Below, piece after piece: positions 25,575 to 45,050 of a stretch of 64,000 bases of DNA (its first letter is position 1; every line of letters begins with the position of its first letter). This DNA is from the human T2T-CHM13v2.0 reference genome, Homo sapiens. The translations under genes were made by a program, and so were the position numbers. The notes beneath the pieces are model-generated. The model saw only the letters and a list, made by a program, of their open reading frames with translations, had not been told where the DNA came from and made no database searches. The stretch is from assembly GCF_009914755.1 (NCBI RefSeq), contig NC_060932.1; one strand, given 5' to 3'.

Positions 25575-26303
25575 GATCCCAAGGAGCCAATTTAAACTAA
25601 GAAAGGTATTGGCTGAGATAGTGAAAGAAGTCTTTCCTCCTTCTGATCAGAGGAGTAAAAAGAAAAAAAAAAATCAATAGCATCTTCAAATCTGCTGGCT
25701 TAGGCAGATAATCAGTGGGATAATGACCAGTGAATATACTAATAGAAGGACTGAGAGTCAGGTGAGCTAGGAAGGCAATGAAGTTGAACAGCTCTTGAAG
25801 AAGTAAGCCTGAGAAAGGAGGGAAATAAGTCTCATGATATGCTTAAAGCATTGTGGGATCTATGCAGTCTATGCAATGATGTTGCTAGGGCAGGGCACAT
25901 ACAGCTACTAACCAATTGCCTGGTATTCCCCAAATTGATAGGTGATTTCTTTACTAGCGAATAAACATTCCTAAATTAAATTAGAAAGGACTCTTCAATT
26001 GCAAGAGACAGGAACTATATTCAAATGATTTTCAGTTTGAAAACCAGTTGTGGCAGACTACTTATTGAATCCCATAACCAAAATGGTAAAGGCAAAGATG
26101 GATCTTTTCTTCGGAATGACTTAGAACCAGAGATTCCACATTATCAGGATGCCATCTTTTCATGTTGGTTTAACCTTCTCTTACTGAACACAGATTTCTT
26201 GACAGTTTTGTACATGGCTGGGGTACCTCTGAACTCACATACTTAATTCTCTATGATCAAAGAAAAACAGGTCTTATCCAGTGCCTATTGAAAATGTAAT
26301 TGA

Positions 26304-26606
<303 letters not shown>

Positions 26607-28775
26607 TCATGTGCCGACCTCTTGGACAGTCACTATGGTCAGGAAGGTTAGGTACTATGATTGGCCCAGTGGCAGCCCAGGTTGGGTCATGTATTCACCC
26701 CTGTGTTCTGGGGCATGAGATATAATGCCAGAAAAAATGCAAGAATAGTAGAAACATGGCTCATGAGGTTAACTCCAGCTATTCCAGTTTGTACGTACTA
26801 ATTTTTTATTTTACAATTAGTCACAGCAGGTTTAAAACACATTACTGTTTTGATAGGAAGATGGTAAATTGATTATGAAGGTATTAGTCACATGAACTAG
26901 GGAACGGGGGAAAAATCTGGAAGGAAAAGACATGAGATGCATAAGACAGATTGCAGACTTTACAACAGGCTTTGTTTTAGTTTTTTTAAACACAGGGTTT
27001 ATTCAACTGAGGGAAAGGAATTACGATATGTTTTTGTTGTGTGCAGTTTTGAACAATACAGTTTTGCTTAGCACAATTTATTAATTTTTCAACTTCATCT
27101 GTTTCATTACAAAGGTTTTTTCCCAAGGAGCCATTAATTTGAATTATCATAATATGTGATTTGAACTGTAATGTCACTTAATTTTAAAGTTCTTTGAGAA
27201 CACATTGCAATGTTAATATGTGAACGTTTTTCAAATATAGAGTTCTTTGGAAATAAGTGTAAGTTATTCTAGTTTTTACACAGACTGGCAAGAATTCAGC
27301 AAAAATTCAACCAATTTTTTTTTACAGTCTTTTCACCCCCTTTTAGTAGTCAGAACAAGATTATAGTTTCCAGATGAAATTCTGAATGTCACATAGTGAT
27401 GACATACATTTTCCTGGTTGGCTCAGCATGAGATGCAATTTTGTATGCCATGTCACGCTGACTTGCAGAATCCAAAAGCTGTTATTTCCCAAGGGGCTTT
27501 CAAGAGTGATAGTATTAAATGCAGGTTTATTTTGATGAAAAGTCTCATGCATTATTGCAGTTCTGTGGCAAGTTTCTTAAAGCTTTGAATATTGTCTAAC
27601 TTGTAGAAATTTTAAAAATAGTACTACATAAAGGTCACTTTCTCTTCAAGTTATTTAAATTTATATTGCCAAATACAGTTGCCAAAAATAATGATGAGTG
27701 TAAAATATAAATCAAGAATTAGGAAGGTATAGTATATAAACCAGTAGCTTAGGGACCAAAACACCTAAGTTTTTATCTTACCCTACCCCATGTTAAGCTA
27801 ACATCACACGGTCTTGTCTTCTTCATTTATAAAATGATGATAAGTTTACCCAGCAATACCTCAAGTAAAGTAAGATATGTGAAAGTTCTTTAAAATGATA
27901 AAACACAATTCAGAAGGTGAAGATCATATTTTTGATGTTTGAATTTTAAAGGGAAAGCTGTAGACTTCAAGCATGGTGAAGCTTATTTTGACTAATAAGT
28001 TTCTAGCCTTGTGGTAAAATTTTATTCTTTCTTTTTTCCTTTGGATCTTAATCATCTACAAGTTGCCTTAAATCTCAGTGTATCAGTACAGATGCCTACA
28101 TAATGAAATTTATTTCACACTGATGATCTGCCTTCTTTTTTAGACTTGTCTAACTGACCTGCTCTGTTATACCAGTCTTATTTTTTTTTCTCTTTTTTAA
28201 AGGTGCCTCATATCCAACTGCCTACACATCTCTACTTAGGTATTATATGGGGTGCTCAAGCCTAACATGTCTTGTTTCATCTGCCTTCCTAAATTTATAC
28301 AACTGTGTACCTTTCCCCGAACCTTCATTCACCATGATGCTCAAGGCTGAGACCTAGGATTCATCCTTAGTGTCTCCCTTTCCTGTCCATTCCACTTCCA
28401 AGTTGTATCTTGAATCTTTTTGTCTGTTCGTATGCCACAACAAATGGAGCCACATCATTTTTTGTACAGAGTAATGTAAGTATATGCTAACTAGTCTTAC
28501 TGGTGCCATTTGGTATTATATTATCCTCTGATCTCAGTTACCTCAATTCATTGTTCACATGGCAGCAAGAGTCATCTTATTAAAAACCTAAATTAGATCA
28601 TGTCTCTCCCTGCTTAATCGCAGTAGTTGCTTCCTATTGCACTTAAGATATAACCCAGACTTCTTACCATGCTCTACACAGTTGAATCTTATCTAACCTC
28701 CATTAGGTTCTCCCATGACATCTTTGTCATTTTTCCTTACATGGATCCTGTTTCATTTTCTTATATACTTCATCC

Positions 28776-29081
28776 TTTTTTTTCTTTTTTTTTTTTCCTT
28801 GAGATGGAGTCTTGCTCTGTCGCCCAGGCTGGAGTGTAGTGGCGTGATCTTGGCTCACTGCAACTTCCCACCTCCCAGTTTCAAGCGATTCTCCTGCCTC
28901 AGCCTCCTGAGTAGCTGGGACTACAGGCACCCACCACCAACACCAGTTAATTTTTGTATTTTTAGTAGAGATGGTGTTTCACCATATTGGCCAGGCTGGT
29001 ATCGAACTCCTGACCTTGTAATCCACCCAACTCAGCCTCCCAAAGTGCTTGGATTACAGGCGTGAGCCACCATGCCCAGCC
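28776..29081 (-). mobile_element. AluS inserted in an L2 remnant
   Basis: Full-length antisense Alu. Flanks (~28200-29370) carry L2-like motifs (TAGATCATGTCTCTCCCTGCTTAA, AAATACTTGTTGCATGAATGAAT). Confidence 0.92.
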
Positions 29082-30635
29082 GCTATATACTTTTCATACT
29101 GCAGGTCTTAGTTTAGATGATCAATAAAAAAACTTCTGTATTCCCTAAAATAGGTCTGTACCACTCACCCAGGATTCTTTAACACCCCTTTCTATCCTTA
29201 GAACACTTATCATGTATCCTGTTCTTGTTTTTTTTTTTTTTATTCTCTCCTTCTCTAGAATATATCTCAAGGGCTATATGTGAATTGTTCATTTTTGTAT
29301 TCCCAGAGTCTAATAGCCATTTCTGGTATTGAGCAAATATGTATTAAATACTTGTTGCATGAATGAATTAACCTTTTTGTTTCTCGTTATTTTTATTCAG
29401 AGATGTAAAACTCTCATTCCTTAATCTTTTAAACCCCTGTTCTTTAATTGATTTAAGTTGATGTCCTATAACTTTTCATATCTGTTCTGGTTTCTCACAG
29501 ATATTTATCAAATATTCAGAAGGAGTTAGCAGCTCATGGCACAATTTCACTTCGTGTGCATAATCTTCCAGTGTATTCCTGCTACATCAGAAATTTAGAT
29601 ATATTTTAAAATGTTGAATTATTATAAGAATGATCCAAGTACAATGCAGGATATTAAGATAAAATTTTACCTCTAGTCAGTGTTCTCCACTCTGTGCTAG
29701 TGGGTTGGGGAATTGCAGGTAATGTATGACATGGCTTCTGTTATGATGAACTTTAGGTTATATCTGGAGAGAGAAAAGTAACGTACAAATAGTAGACTTT
29801 AGAGAACTGAGGAAAATTGAGTGGAAGGAATCATTACTATAGATTTTAGGAATTAGAAAAGTTTTCATTGAGAAGACCTTAGGATAGGTGTTAGATAGGG
29901 TTTGTAACAATCATGAAGGTGCTTTCATTTGGATGGGAACAGCAGAGAGAAGACACTGATTGGAGTAAAGAGTCTTTAGTGGAAACAGTGGAAAATAAAG
30001 TTGAACAGAGTTTCAGAGAATCAAGACCAACTTATACAGGGCTTTGAAAACCATATAGAGAACTTTGACTTTCTACCAGAGATTCATTCTTAAGTAGTAT
30101 CCTATAGCTGAGAATTGTCTGTAGGATGGAACTAAAGGAGGAAGACCCTTTTCAGAACTGTGAGTAAATCTTTATAGTGATGAACATTTTCAACAAATTG
30201 GTAGCCAGGGAAACAAAGAAGAAAGTACAGATTTAGGTTATTTCTGAAACTAAAAATTGACTTTTTTTCTTACCCTTTAAAAAAGGTATATGTAAATTTA
30301 TGTTTATTTCTTTTGAGAGAGTCCCAAGTCATTTTTAGGATCATGAATGATAATAGCTTCTTTTTCATAGTCATACATATGTGGTTTAGAATAAAGTGAG
30401 AGGTCATCAGTGCTTCTACAATTATTGTACGTTCTACATTATGATACAATTTTTTGCTATCCATCTATTTCTCTCCTTATAATGAGAGCCCCTCAGAGAT
30501 GTGACCCCAGTCTCTTTGTTTCTCCATGACCTAGCACAAGTAGGCACTCAGTTATACTTATTGAATTGAACTAAGCGACTTTTCCATAGCTCATAAGTCT
30601 TGGAAGAGGCCAGCATTTTCCTTTATCTCATTTTC

Positions 30636-30780
30636 TTTTCTTTTTTTTTTTGCCTATTAATTAATTAGTTTATTTTTTTATTTTTTTATTATACTTTAAG
30701 TTCTAGGGTACATGTGCACAACGTGCAGGTTTGTTACATATGTATACATGTGCCATGTTGGTGTGCTGCACCCATTAACT
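30636..30780 (-). mobile_element. Severely 5'-truncated L1PA (PA4/5-like) 3' end
   Basis: TTATACTTTAAGTTCTAGGGTACATGTGCACAACGTGCAGG...CCCATTAAC. 13-bp TSD TTATCTCATTTTC at 30623-30635 and 30780-30792. Confidence 0.92.
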
Positions 30781-31019
30781 TATCTCATTTTCAAGTGTTT
30801 TCCAAGCCACATCAACAGAATGTAAGAATGCAATGTAATAAGATTCAGAAGTTGGCATCTGTTTGACTTTATTTCTGCTGTGCTGCTGAAATTTTAAAAA
30901 TCTTTTTGTGATCTTCTAAAGACATGAGGAAATGGGGGATTGAGAGAAAGGTGATGAGGATGAGATTCCCTTCTGCTATGTTCTTCAACCTGTATTCTTG
31001 CCAAAATTCTTCTCTTCAT

Positions 31020-31960
31020 GGACTAGCAAGGAGGACAATATGGCTGGTGCAGAGAGAGCACTGGGAAGAGGGATGTAAGAGGAAGTAAAAAAAGACAAGA
31101 GGAAGCCAGATCCTGTAGGGACTTACAAATCATTGTAACGACTTTGACTAATAAAAGTGAGCAAGATGGGATGGCATTTAAGGGTTTTGAGTAGAGGCAT
31201 GATATAACCTTTTTTGGCTATTTTACCAATATTAATCTTGATGCTGTATTGAGAATGCACTGTAGGGAGAAAAGTGTAGAAGGAGATAAGCCGGGTGCCA
31301 TATGGCTCTTGGCCATAGTGTATATCTATAATCATGGTAACTTTGCCAGGTAGTATTACTAGAGGATGCAAGGTCAAATTCAGGATCTATTTTAAGATAG
31401 AGCCAACAGATTATAGTAATTTTCAGGATGTATGGTGTAACAGAGAAGGGTCATGGTTTTGTTTGTTTGTTCGTTTGTTTTTGCAGCCAGAAAGGTGGAT
31501 TAGGTATTTATTGAAACTTGGAGGACTATAAGATGAAGAGCATAGGGGCTTTTGAGAAAGAGACTCAAGAGTTTTGCTTTGGCTATGTTAAATTTGAAAT
31601 TCCTATTAACTATCCAAATGGAGATGTTCAGTACGCAGTTGGATAAATAGTCTGGAGCTTACAGGATAGATCCAGACAATTCCCTGGAAATAGAATCCTC
31701 ATAGAGGATACTTAAAGCCATGACATTGAGTGAGATCCTCTAAGAAGAAAGTGTTTGTAGAGAAGAGAAATGGCCCAAGTACTGAACCCTTGGACATGCC
31801 AGCATTTTGTGGTCTGGAGAATGAAGAATTACCAAGAAAACTGAGAAAGAGCTACAACTGAGGTAGAATGGGAACATGGAGATGGTAGTGTTCAGAAAGA
31901 AGTGAAGACTGTGTTTTAAGGATGTGGAAATGATCAACTTTTTCAGATTCCTCTAATAGT
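31020..31960 (-). mobile_element. L2 fragment
   Basis: L2 antisense motifs GGGTTTTGAGTAGAGGCATGATA, GGCTATGTTAAATTTGAAAT..CTATCCAAATGGAGATG and TTAAAGCCATGACATTGAGTGAGATC. Confidence 0.75.
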
Positions 31961-32918
31961 TCAGTGTTAAACAATGGCTCTAAAAAACTACCACAGAAAT
32001 TTTAGTGACTCAACATAGCAGAATTCATTTCTAGTTCTAGGAAAGTCCATTACTGAGTCCACAGTATGATAGCTCTTCTCCAAGCAGTGAATCAGCCACC
32101 TTCCATTTAGCCACTCTGAGGATCCTTAGGGCCTCAGATTCAGAAAAGAGTTTTAGGAAGATAAAGATTTTGCTGATGACATATCATGAGTTCTAGATGG
32201 CAGAATGGAGGAGATTGCAGTGTGTGGAGTGAGAGATGAGGTCAGGTGGGGATTGCACAGGTCTGTTTAGTGATGAGAATCTGGGTGATGAGGGGTATTG
32301 TTAGAATTTTGGGTTTTTCCTGATGGCTGATGTAAACAGAATACAAATGGCATAAAGGAATTAGTACTGGGGTTTCTAATGCAGAATTAGGTGGCAAGGC
32401 TGTGAGTATTGGGGCTGGAGGGATGTGGTCTTTAATCCCTCTGGGATTACAGGCATGAGCCACCATGCCCAGCCTGAAACAAGTTTGAAGATATTTAAAT
32501 CATACATTCAGTAAATATGTACAATTGTATACTTAGTGGATTTTTTAAATATTTGCAATTAGATATGTCAAATTAAATTACCAAAAAATAATCAAATTTT
32601 TAGGCCTGGGGTTTTTCTTTGGATTGCAAAGACCCCCACAAAATAACCAAGGATCATAACTTTCTTTTTCCGCTCTCCACTTACAGGAAAAACAATTAAA
32701 TGCAGATCAAGTAAACATATTTAATGGATTTATTTAAGTTAACATCCGGACTACATGCTGGCGTCATAATAGATTCAACTTACAATTCTTGTATCAGGAA
32801 TCAAATAAGATGAGAAGAGTTTTGAGTATTAGCAAAACAACTCCTAGTTGGTCTCTATTTTCACTCTCTTCCTCTTCCAATTATGTATCCTTTGTGTTAA
32901 TATAAGAATTTTCACTTC

Positions 32919-33163
32919 ATAACTCAGGAATGGAAAACCAAATACTATATATTCTCACTTATAAGTTTGAGCTAAGCTATGGGTATGCAAAGGCATACAG
33001 AGTGGTATAATGGACATGAGACTAAAAAGGTGGGATGGGGGAATACTTGGGTGACAGGTGCACTAAAATTTCAGATTTCACCACTCTACCATTTATCTCT
33101 GTAACCAAAAACCAACTGTATCTCTAAAGCTATTGAAAAATTTAAAAATTTGTTAAAAATAAA
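32919..33163 (+). mobile_element. 5'-truncated L1PB 3' end
   Basis: AACTCAGGAATGGAAAACCAAA...GAGCTAAGCTATGGGTATGCAAAGGCATACAGAGTGG. TSD AAGAA(T/C)TTTCACTTC at 32904-32918 and 33164-33178. Confidence 0.85.
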
Positions 33164-33539
33164 AAGAACTTTCACTTCTAAAACTCAAATTTTATTACAC
33201 TTAATTGTTTAACAGTTTTCACTATCTCTTGGTACCTTCAGGATGAACTTCATGTTTCTTTGCAAGATATTTAAGACCCTGCACAAGTAGGCCTTATCTT
33301 GTCTTTCTGGCCTTACCTCTAGTATACCAGTTGCATTTTTTGTGTGGTATACTTCACTCACACTAAACTACTTACAGTGCACTTTGTGAATCTGTGCCTT
33401 TGTGCATCTTCTTTCTGTCTGCTAGTCCTTCTGTCTTTGATTTAAGAATTCTTTCTCAAACAAACTCCATGTTACCTCCTTTGTGGAATCTTTCCTGCCA
33501 ATATTTGAGTGAATTAATTCAATCTTGCTGTGTTACCAG

Positions 33540-39891
<6,352 letters not shown>

Positions 39892-41367
39892 CTGTGTTAC
39901 TAGAATTTTATAGTGCAGTATTTGTCAAACCAAATGATAATCATAGTATTTAATTAAGTTTATATCTTATCTTCATCTTGTAAGCTCTTCTAGGGCAGGG
40001 ATTGTGTCATATTTTTAAGCCCTTACTGCAGAGCCCTAGTATGTGGTAAATGGACATTTAATAAGATTTGTAGTTGAGGATGAACAAAATTACTTTCTAC
40101 TTTTCCTTCCTTTCTGGCCATTTTTTCTCCTTTTTCTTTCCAAAAAAGCGTAGATGTGAACATTCAAATTCTAGTAGCAATCTGATTAACCAAAGTATTT
40201 TAATTTATATTTTTATAAGCTCCCTGGATTATATTTAGTTTCTCCCCGACTCCTTATAAATAATGATAAAAGCCAAAGAGTGGGAAGGGTGCTATTGAAA
40301 GGCGAACATAAAATATTGACACCAATTTCATAATTCTACATAAAAATCAGCTTTATTGCTTTATAGTCACACTTTGAATAATTTGTTCTTCTTAATGAAT
40401 CTTAGTTCTGAGTATAAAATATTGGAAAACAGTGACAGCCTGTTGCAGATATAAGCAAAAAACTACCTCTCTCAACCTAAAAATTCTTACTGCTTCTTAA
40501 ACATCTCATGATATGCTATCTGGAAGTGCTTTAGCTCATTTACTCCCCTGTTCAAATTTTTTGTTGTTGTCTATGTGATTTGTTTTGGAATTTAGGCCAG
40601 GAGAAAGGAATTTTAATGGTCTCAGTGGATTAATTTGGTAATCTATATATAACTTGAACATTGAATTCTAGAGACATTCATATCTTTACTTTGCTATTTA
40701 TAACAAGACATTGTTAATCAGTGTGCTCACTCTTTCTCACTCACTTTCTCATTATCTCTCTACTTCTTTTCTCCTCTTTATTCCCCTTACCTTACTTTGT
40801 TTCTTGTTTTTTTTTCTTGACAGATTTCAGAATTCCTGCCTTGCCCCATGACTTTCCATTGAGATCTAGGTAGACTGTATTGTTTATATCCTGCAAATTA
40901 TGGAGGAGAAACAAACCTAAATAGTTGACGTGATTTTAAGATCACATATCTTGAATTGGTAGAATAAAAAAAGAAACCTAGGTTTTCTGAGTCCTCCCAG
41001 TCCATGCTTTCAGGAAACTTTTATTTAAATATATTAATCTCACTGGTATCTGAAATTCTGTCACAAAGAGTTTTTTGATTTTTTGTTTCTATTTTAAATC
41101 TCAAAGCTTCTTCAAATAAGCATAAGCTTCATGAGGACTGGGATTGTGTTTGTTTTGCTCACCACAGAATTTCCAGTTCTTAATCTAAGCCTTAAGAAGA
41201 TAATAGGTACTCCATAAGTAGTTTTTGAATGATGTTTTTTGACATGTTGAAATTAGGGGATAGTTTAATTTTCCATCCCTCCCTCCTTTCTTCTTTTCTT
41301 CTTATTTTTTGGTGAGCTACATTTTCTGATTTTTCTCCTATTAGCCCATATTATTTATCTAATAAAA

Positions 41368-41442
41368 GTATTTTAAAAACTATACCATATAGCAATAGAT
41401 ATATTGTATTTTAAAAACTATACCATATAGCAATAGATATAT
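41368..41442. repeat. Perfect 37-bp direct duplication (period 38)
   Basis: GTATTTTAAAAACTATACCATATAGCAATAGATATAT at 41368-41404 and 41406-41442. Confidence 0.95.
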
Positions 41443-41452
41443 GAACAGTTAA

Positions 41453-41744
<292 letters not shown>

Positions 41745-42027
41745 TGAAATTTTCTGAATAAAGGATGACGAAATGTGATAGTGTGTATCACTCTTTTGTC
41801 AAGGCCTGGTTTCTCTTCTGAGGAATTTATCCTTCTTCCTTCAAATTATTGCCTAGAAATCTAGAGCTTGCGCTCTTCTAGATGGCTTGGTGTTCACCAG
41901 TTAGTCTTAAGCTTTCTGCAAACTTGTAAATAAATAACTCTGTCATCTTCCTTCAGGTCCTACTGAACCATTTCTCTCGCAAAGGCCTTGCCACTTTTTT
42001 CTCATTATCTCAGGGAACCTTGACTTC

Positions 42028-42419
42028 TGATATGGTCTGGCTATGTGTCTTCACCCAAATCTCATGTGGAATTGTAATCCCCACGTGTTGAAGGTGGGGA
42101 CTGGTGGGCAGTGATTAGATCATGGGGGTAGTTTCTAAAGGTTTAACAACATCCCCCTAGTGCTGTCTCCTGGTAGAGTTCTCAAGAAATCTGATGGTTT
42201 AAAAGTTTGTGGCACTTCCTCACTCCCTATCTCTTTCCTGCCACCATGTGAAGAAGGTCCTTGCTTCCCCTTCACCTTCCACCATGATTGTTTTCCTGAG
42301 GCCTCCTAGTCATGCTTCCTGTTAATCCTGTGGAACTGTGAGTCAATTAAACCTCTTGTCTTTATAAATTACCCAGTCTCAGTTAGTTCTTTATAGCAGT
42401 GTGAAAACAGACTAACACA
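42028..42419 (+). mobile_element. MSTA-like MaLR solo LTR, sense to VPS13B
   Basis: TGATATGGTCTGG...CCCAAATCTCATG to AAATTACCCAGTCTCAG...CAGACTAACACA. Flanks ACTTC/ATTTC form a 5-bp TSD with one mismatch. Confidence 0.92.
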
Positions 42420-44485
42420 ATTTCCCTTATGGGTTATTTTTCATAGTCATCTCTGTCTGCCTTTGACTCTTTAAAAAATGCTGCCTCTCCATTATGATCT
42501 ATGATCTGAGTTTGCAAGGCTTATTTTCTAGAGGTTTTTAATTTTTATATTTTTATCTTTTAGGTAATTGAACTGTGGTTAAGGCAGTTGCCCCCTAGTA
42601 TAATACTGGCTTGGCTATCAGTTTGATTTCCCATGAACAGAAAGGAAAAATAAAAATTGACAATGATTTTCTTCTTGATGACTATTAAAATTTCAAATAA
42701 AAATGAAACCACAAATTATAAATAGGTACCTTACACAAAGATGATACAGAATATCAAATAATATGCTGATAGAAAAGGTTTTAAGAAGGTACACATATGA
42801 TTTGTTCTCTATTTTAAAAGATATCAATTGATTGTTTGATCGAGTATTTACTATGCAAGGCATTATACTACTGCTACATGAAATAAATAGATAAAAGAAA
42901 CATGAATTCTCCTTTCAGCAAAACAAACACTCTGTTGGTGTCAGCACTGTACTGAATAAAGTCCATAAACATAAGTTGATGGTTGCAAGTTTTATGTTTA
43001 AAGGGAAAATTTTAAAGTAAGTATCCTATTAGAAGTCATCCTTCTTTATTGATTTAAGTACTAAACCTAACCTACTTTAGTGAAAGCACTTCTTTCTTTA
43101 AGGCTTTTACTTAGCAGATGATGAAAACCTAGAACAGAAAGGGCTTAATTCTAAGAAGTGCTTACTATGAAAACTGAATTATTACAGCTGAACAAATGTA
43201 TCTTGACTTTTTGATATGATGAAGTAACGTGGTTACTGTGAGAATCTTAAACTTCAGAATATAAGCCATTTGATATCAAGTGTCAGTATTTGGTGCCATT
43301 GGCTTATACATGTTACTAGATATTTAGAGTTACCATTTAATCATTGACATCATTATTCAGTCTCCCAGAATAAGAACAGAGATTTTGATGTACTGATTTT
43401 GAGTAATTTTATCAGGTTCCAGTTCGACTTGAAGAAGGTAAAGAGATGTTTTCGTATAAATCATTGATTAAAATATAGATGCAAAACAGTAATTTAATGC
43501 TGTGGCTTGGAATTTCTACGTTTATGATTTTTCATCCAATTCTATCTAATTGGTGGCATGTTAATAAATATGTATATAAAGATTATTTCTCATTGGAAGA
43601 ATAAGAGTAAGAGAGGACATAAAGAGAATGTGTCTTCAGTGTCTAGCCATTAGCCACTACTCTTTCTTGCTACACCATATCACTATGCTCAGCTCCTCCT
43701 TTGGAGAGACACACATTCAAATATTTAAAGTTATACCATGAAGAATGTTATGTTATACAGAATTAAGTCAGAATTCTGCCAGGCTCTAGAAGAAGGACCA
43801 AATCTTTTTGGGAAATCAGTTACCATTTCTCAGAGGAAATGACATTTAAGGTAGAACTAAAACAATGAGTTGATTTTGATAGAAAAGGAGTACAGTTGTG
43901 TTTCAGATATAGTTGTCTTCAGGTTCTTTACATAATCAATGATTAGTTAAGTTTTATATCTTTATTCCTTATATTTATAGTATTTTCATAAACTGTTTTC
44001 GTATACATTACAACATTTAAATTGAGTAGTATTCTTGATACTACACATATTTTTAACTTTAAGGTGGAAGTCGGAAACCTGACACTTAGATTAAATTCAT
44101 TTTCCTTAATCATGTGTCTTGTGGCACAACTAAAACACAAGCTGACTCCAAGTGTAGTACTTTTTCCATGGGACAGAAATGAAGGAATCATATTGTACCA
44201 AGTTGAATGGTTCATCCCCAAGATATAATTGTTGATATGTTATTTTAACCACTGAAATTTGGGTCTGAAAATTATTTATTTATTGTAGAAAACTAAAAGT
44301 GTAATAGATACATTTGAAATGAGATTGCGATGTTAAATTTAGGCTTTATGTAGCTCTAGTGGGAATGAGTAAATCTGATGTTTTCTGAACTATTTATTAT
44401 CCATGATCCATAGTAGAAATTTTATACATTTGTTGTACATTTGATAAAACTAGGAGTCATTGTATGGGGATTGAATAATAGAAAA

Positions 44486-45050
44486 GGCAGCATAACATAG
44501 TGGTTACAAGGATGGACCCTGGAACCAGTCTGCTTAGATTTACATCCTTGTTTTGCCACTTACTAGCTGGGTGACTTGGGATAAGTTACTTAACCTCTTT
44601 GTCATCAGTTTCCCTATCTAAAAATGGTGATAATAAGAGTCTGAAAATAGTATATTTCCTGTCAGGTTGTTACAAGGGCTAAACAGGGTATTATTATTAT
44701 TATTTTTTGAGACTCCATCACCCAGGCTGGAGTGCCGTGCCATTAACTCAGCTTACTGCAACCTCCACCTCCCAGGCTGAAGAGATCCTCCTGTCTCAGC
44801 CTCCCGAGCAACTGGGACTACAGGCATGCACCACCATGCCCAGCTAAGTTTTGTAATATTTTTTGGTAGAGACAAGGTTTTACCATGTTGTCCAGGATGA
44901 TCTTGAACCCCTGGGTTCAAGCAATTTGCCTGCCTCAGCCTCCCAAGGTGCTGGGATTACAGGTGTAAGCCACCGTGCCTGGACAAACAGGTTAATAAAT
45001 TTGTAAAGCACTTGCAGCAGTGCCTGGCTTGTAGTAGGTGCTATAGAGGT
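44486..45050 (+). mobile_element. Near full-length MIR split by an Alu
   Basis: CCACTTACTAGCTGGGTGACTTGGGATAAGTTACTTAACCTCT...TCAGTTTCCCTATCT before the Alu, and GTAAAGCACTTGCAGCAGTGCCTGGC after it. Confidence 0.88.
44690..44984 (-). mobile_element. AluJ
   Basis: Antisense dimeric Alu with (TAT)n tail, flanked by AAACAGG repeats. Confidence 0.9.

Noticed and set aside
40730-40875. Cryptic exon after a long pyrimidine tract (acceptor at 40823)
   Set aside because: The only nearby donor (TAG|gtagac) is weak and the 46-nt length is unremarkable; the tract looks like low-complexity sequence.
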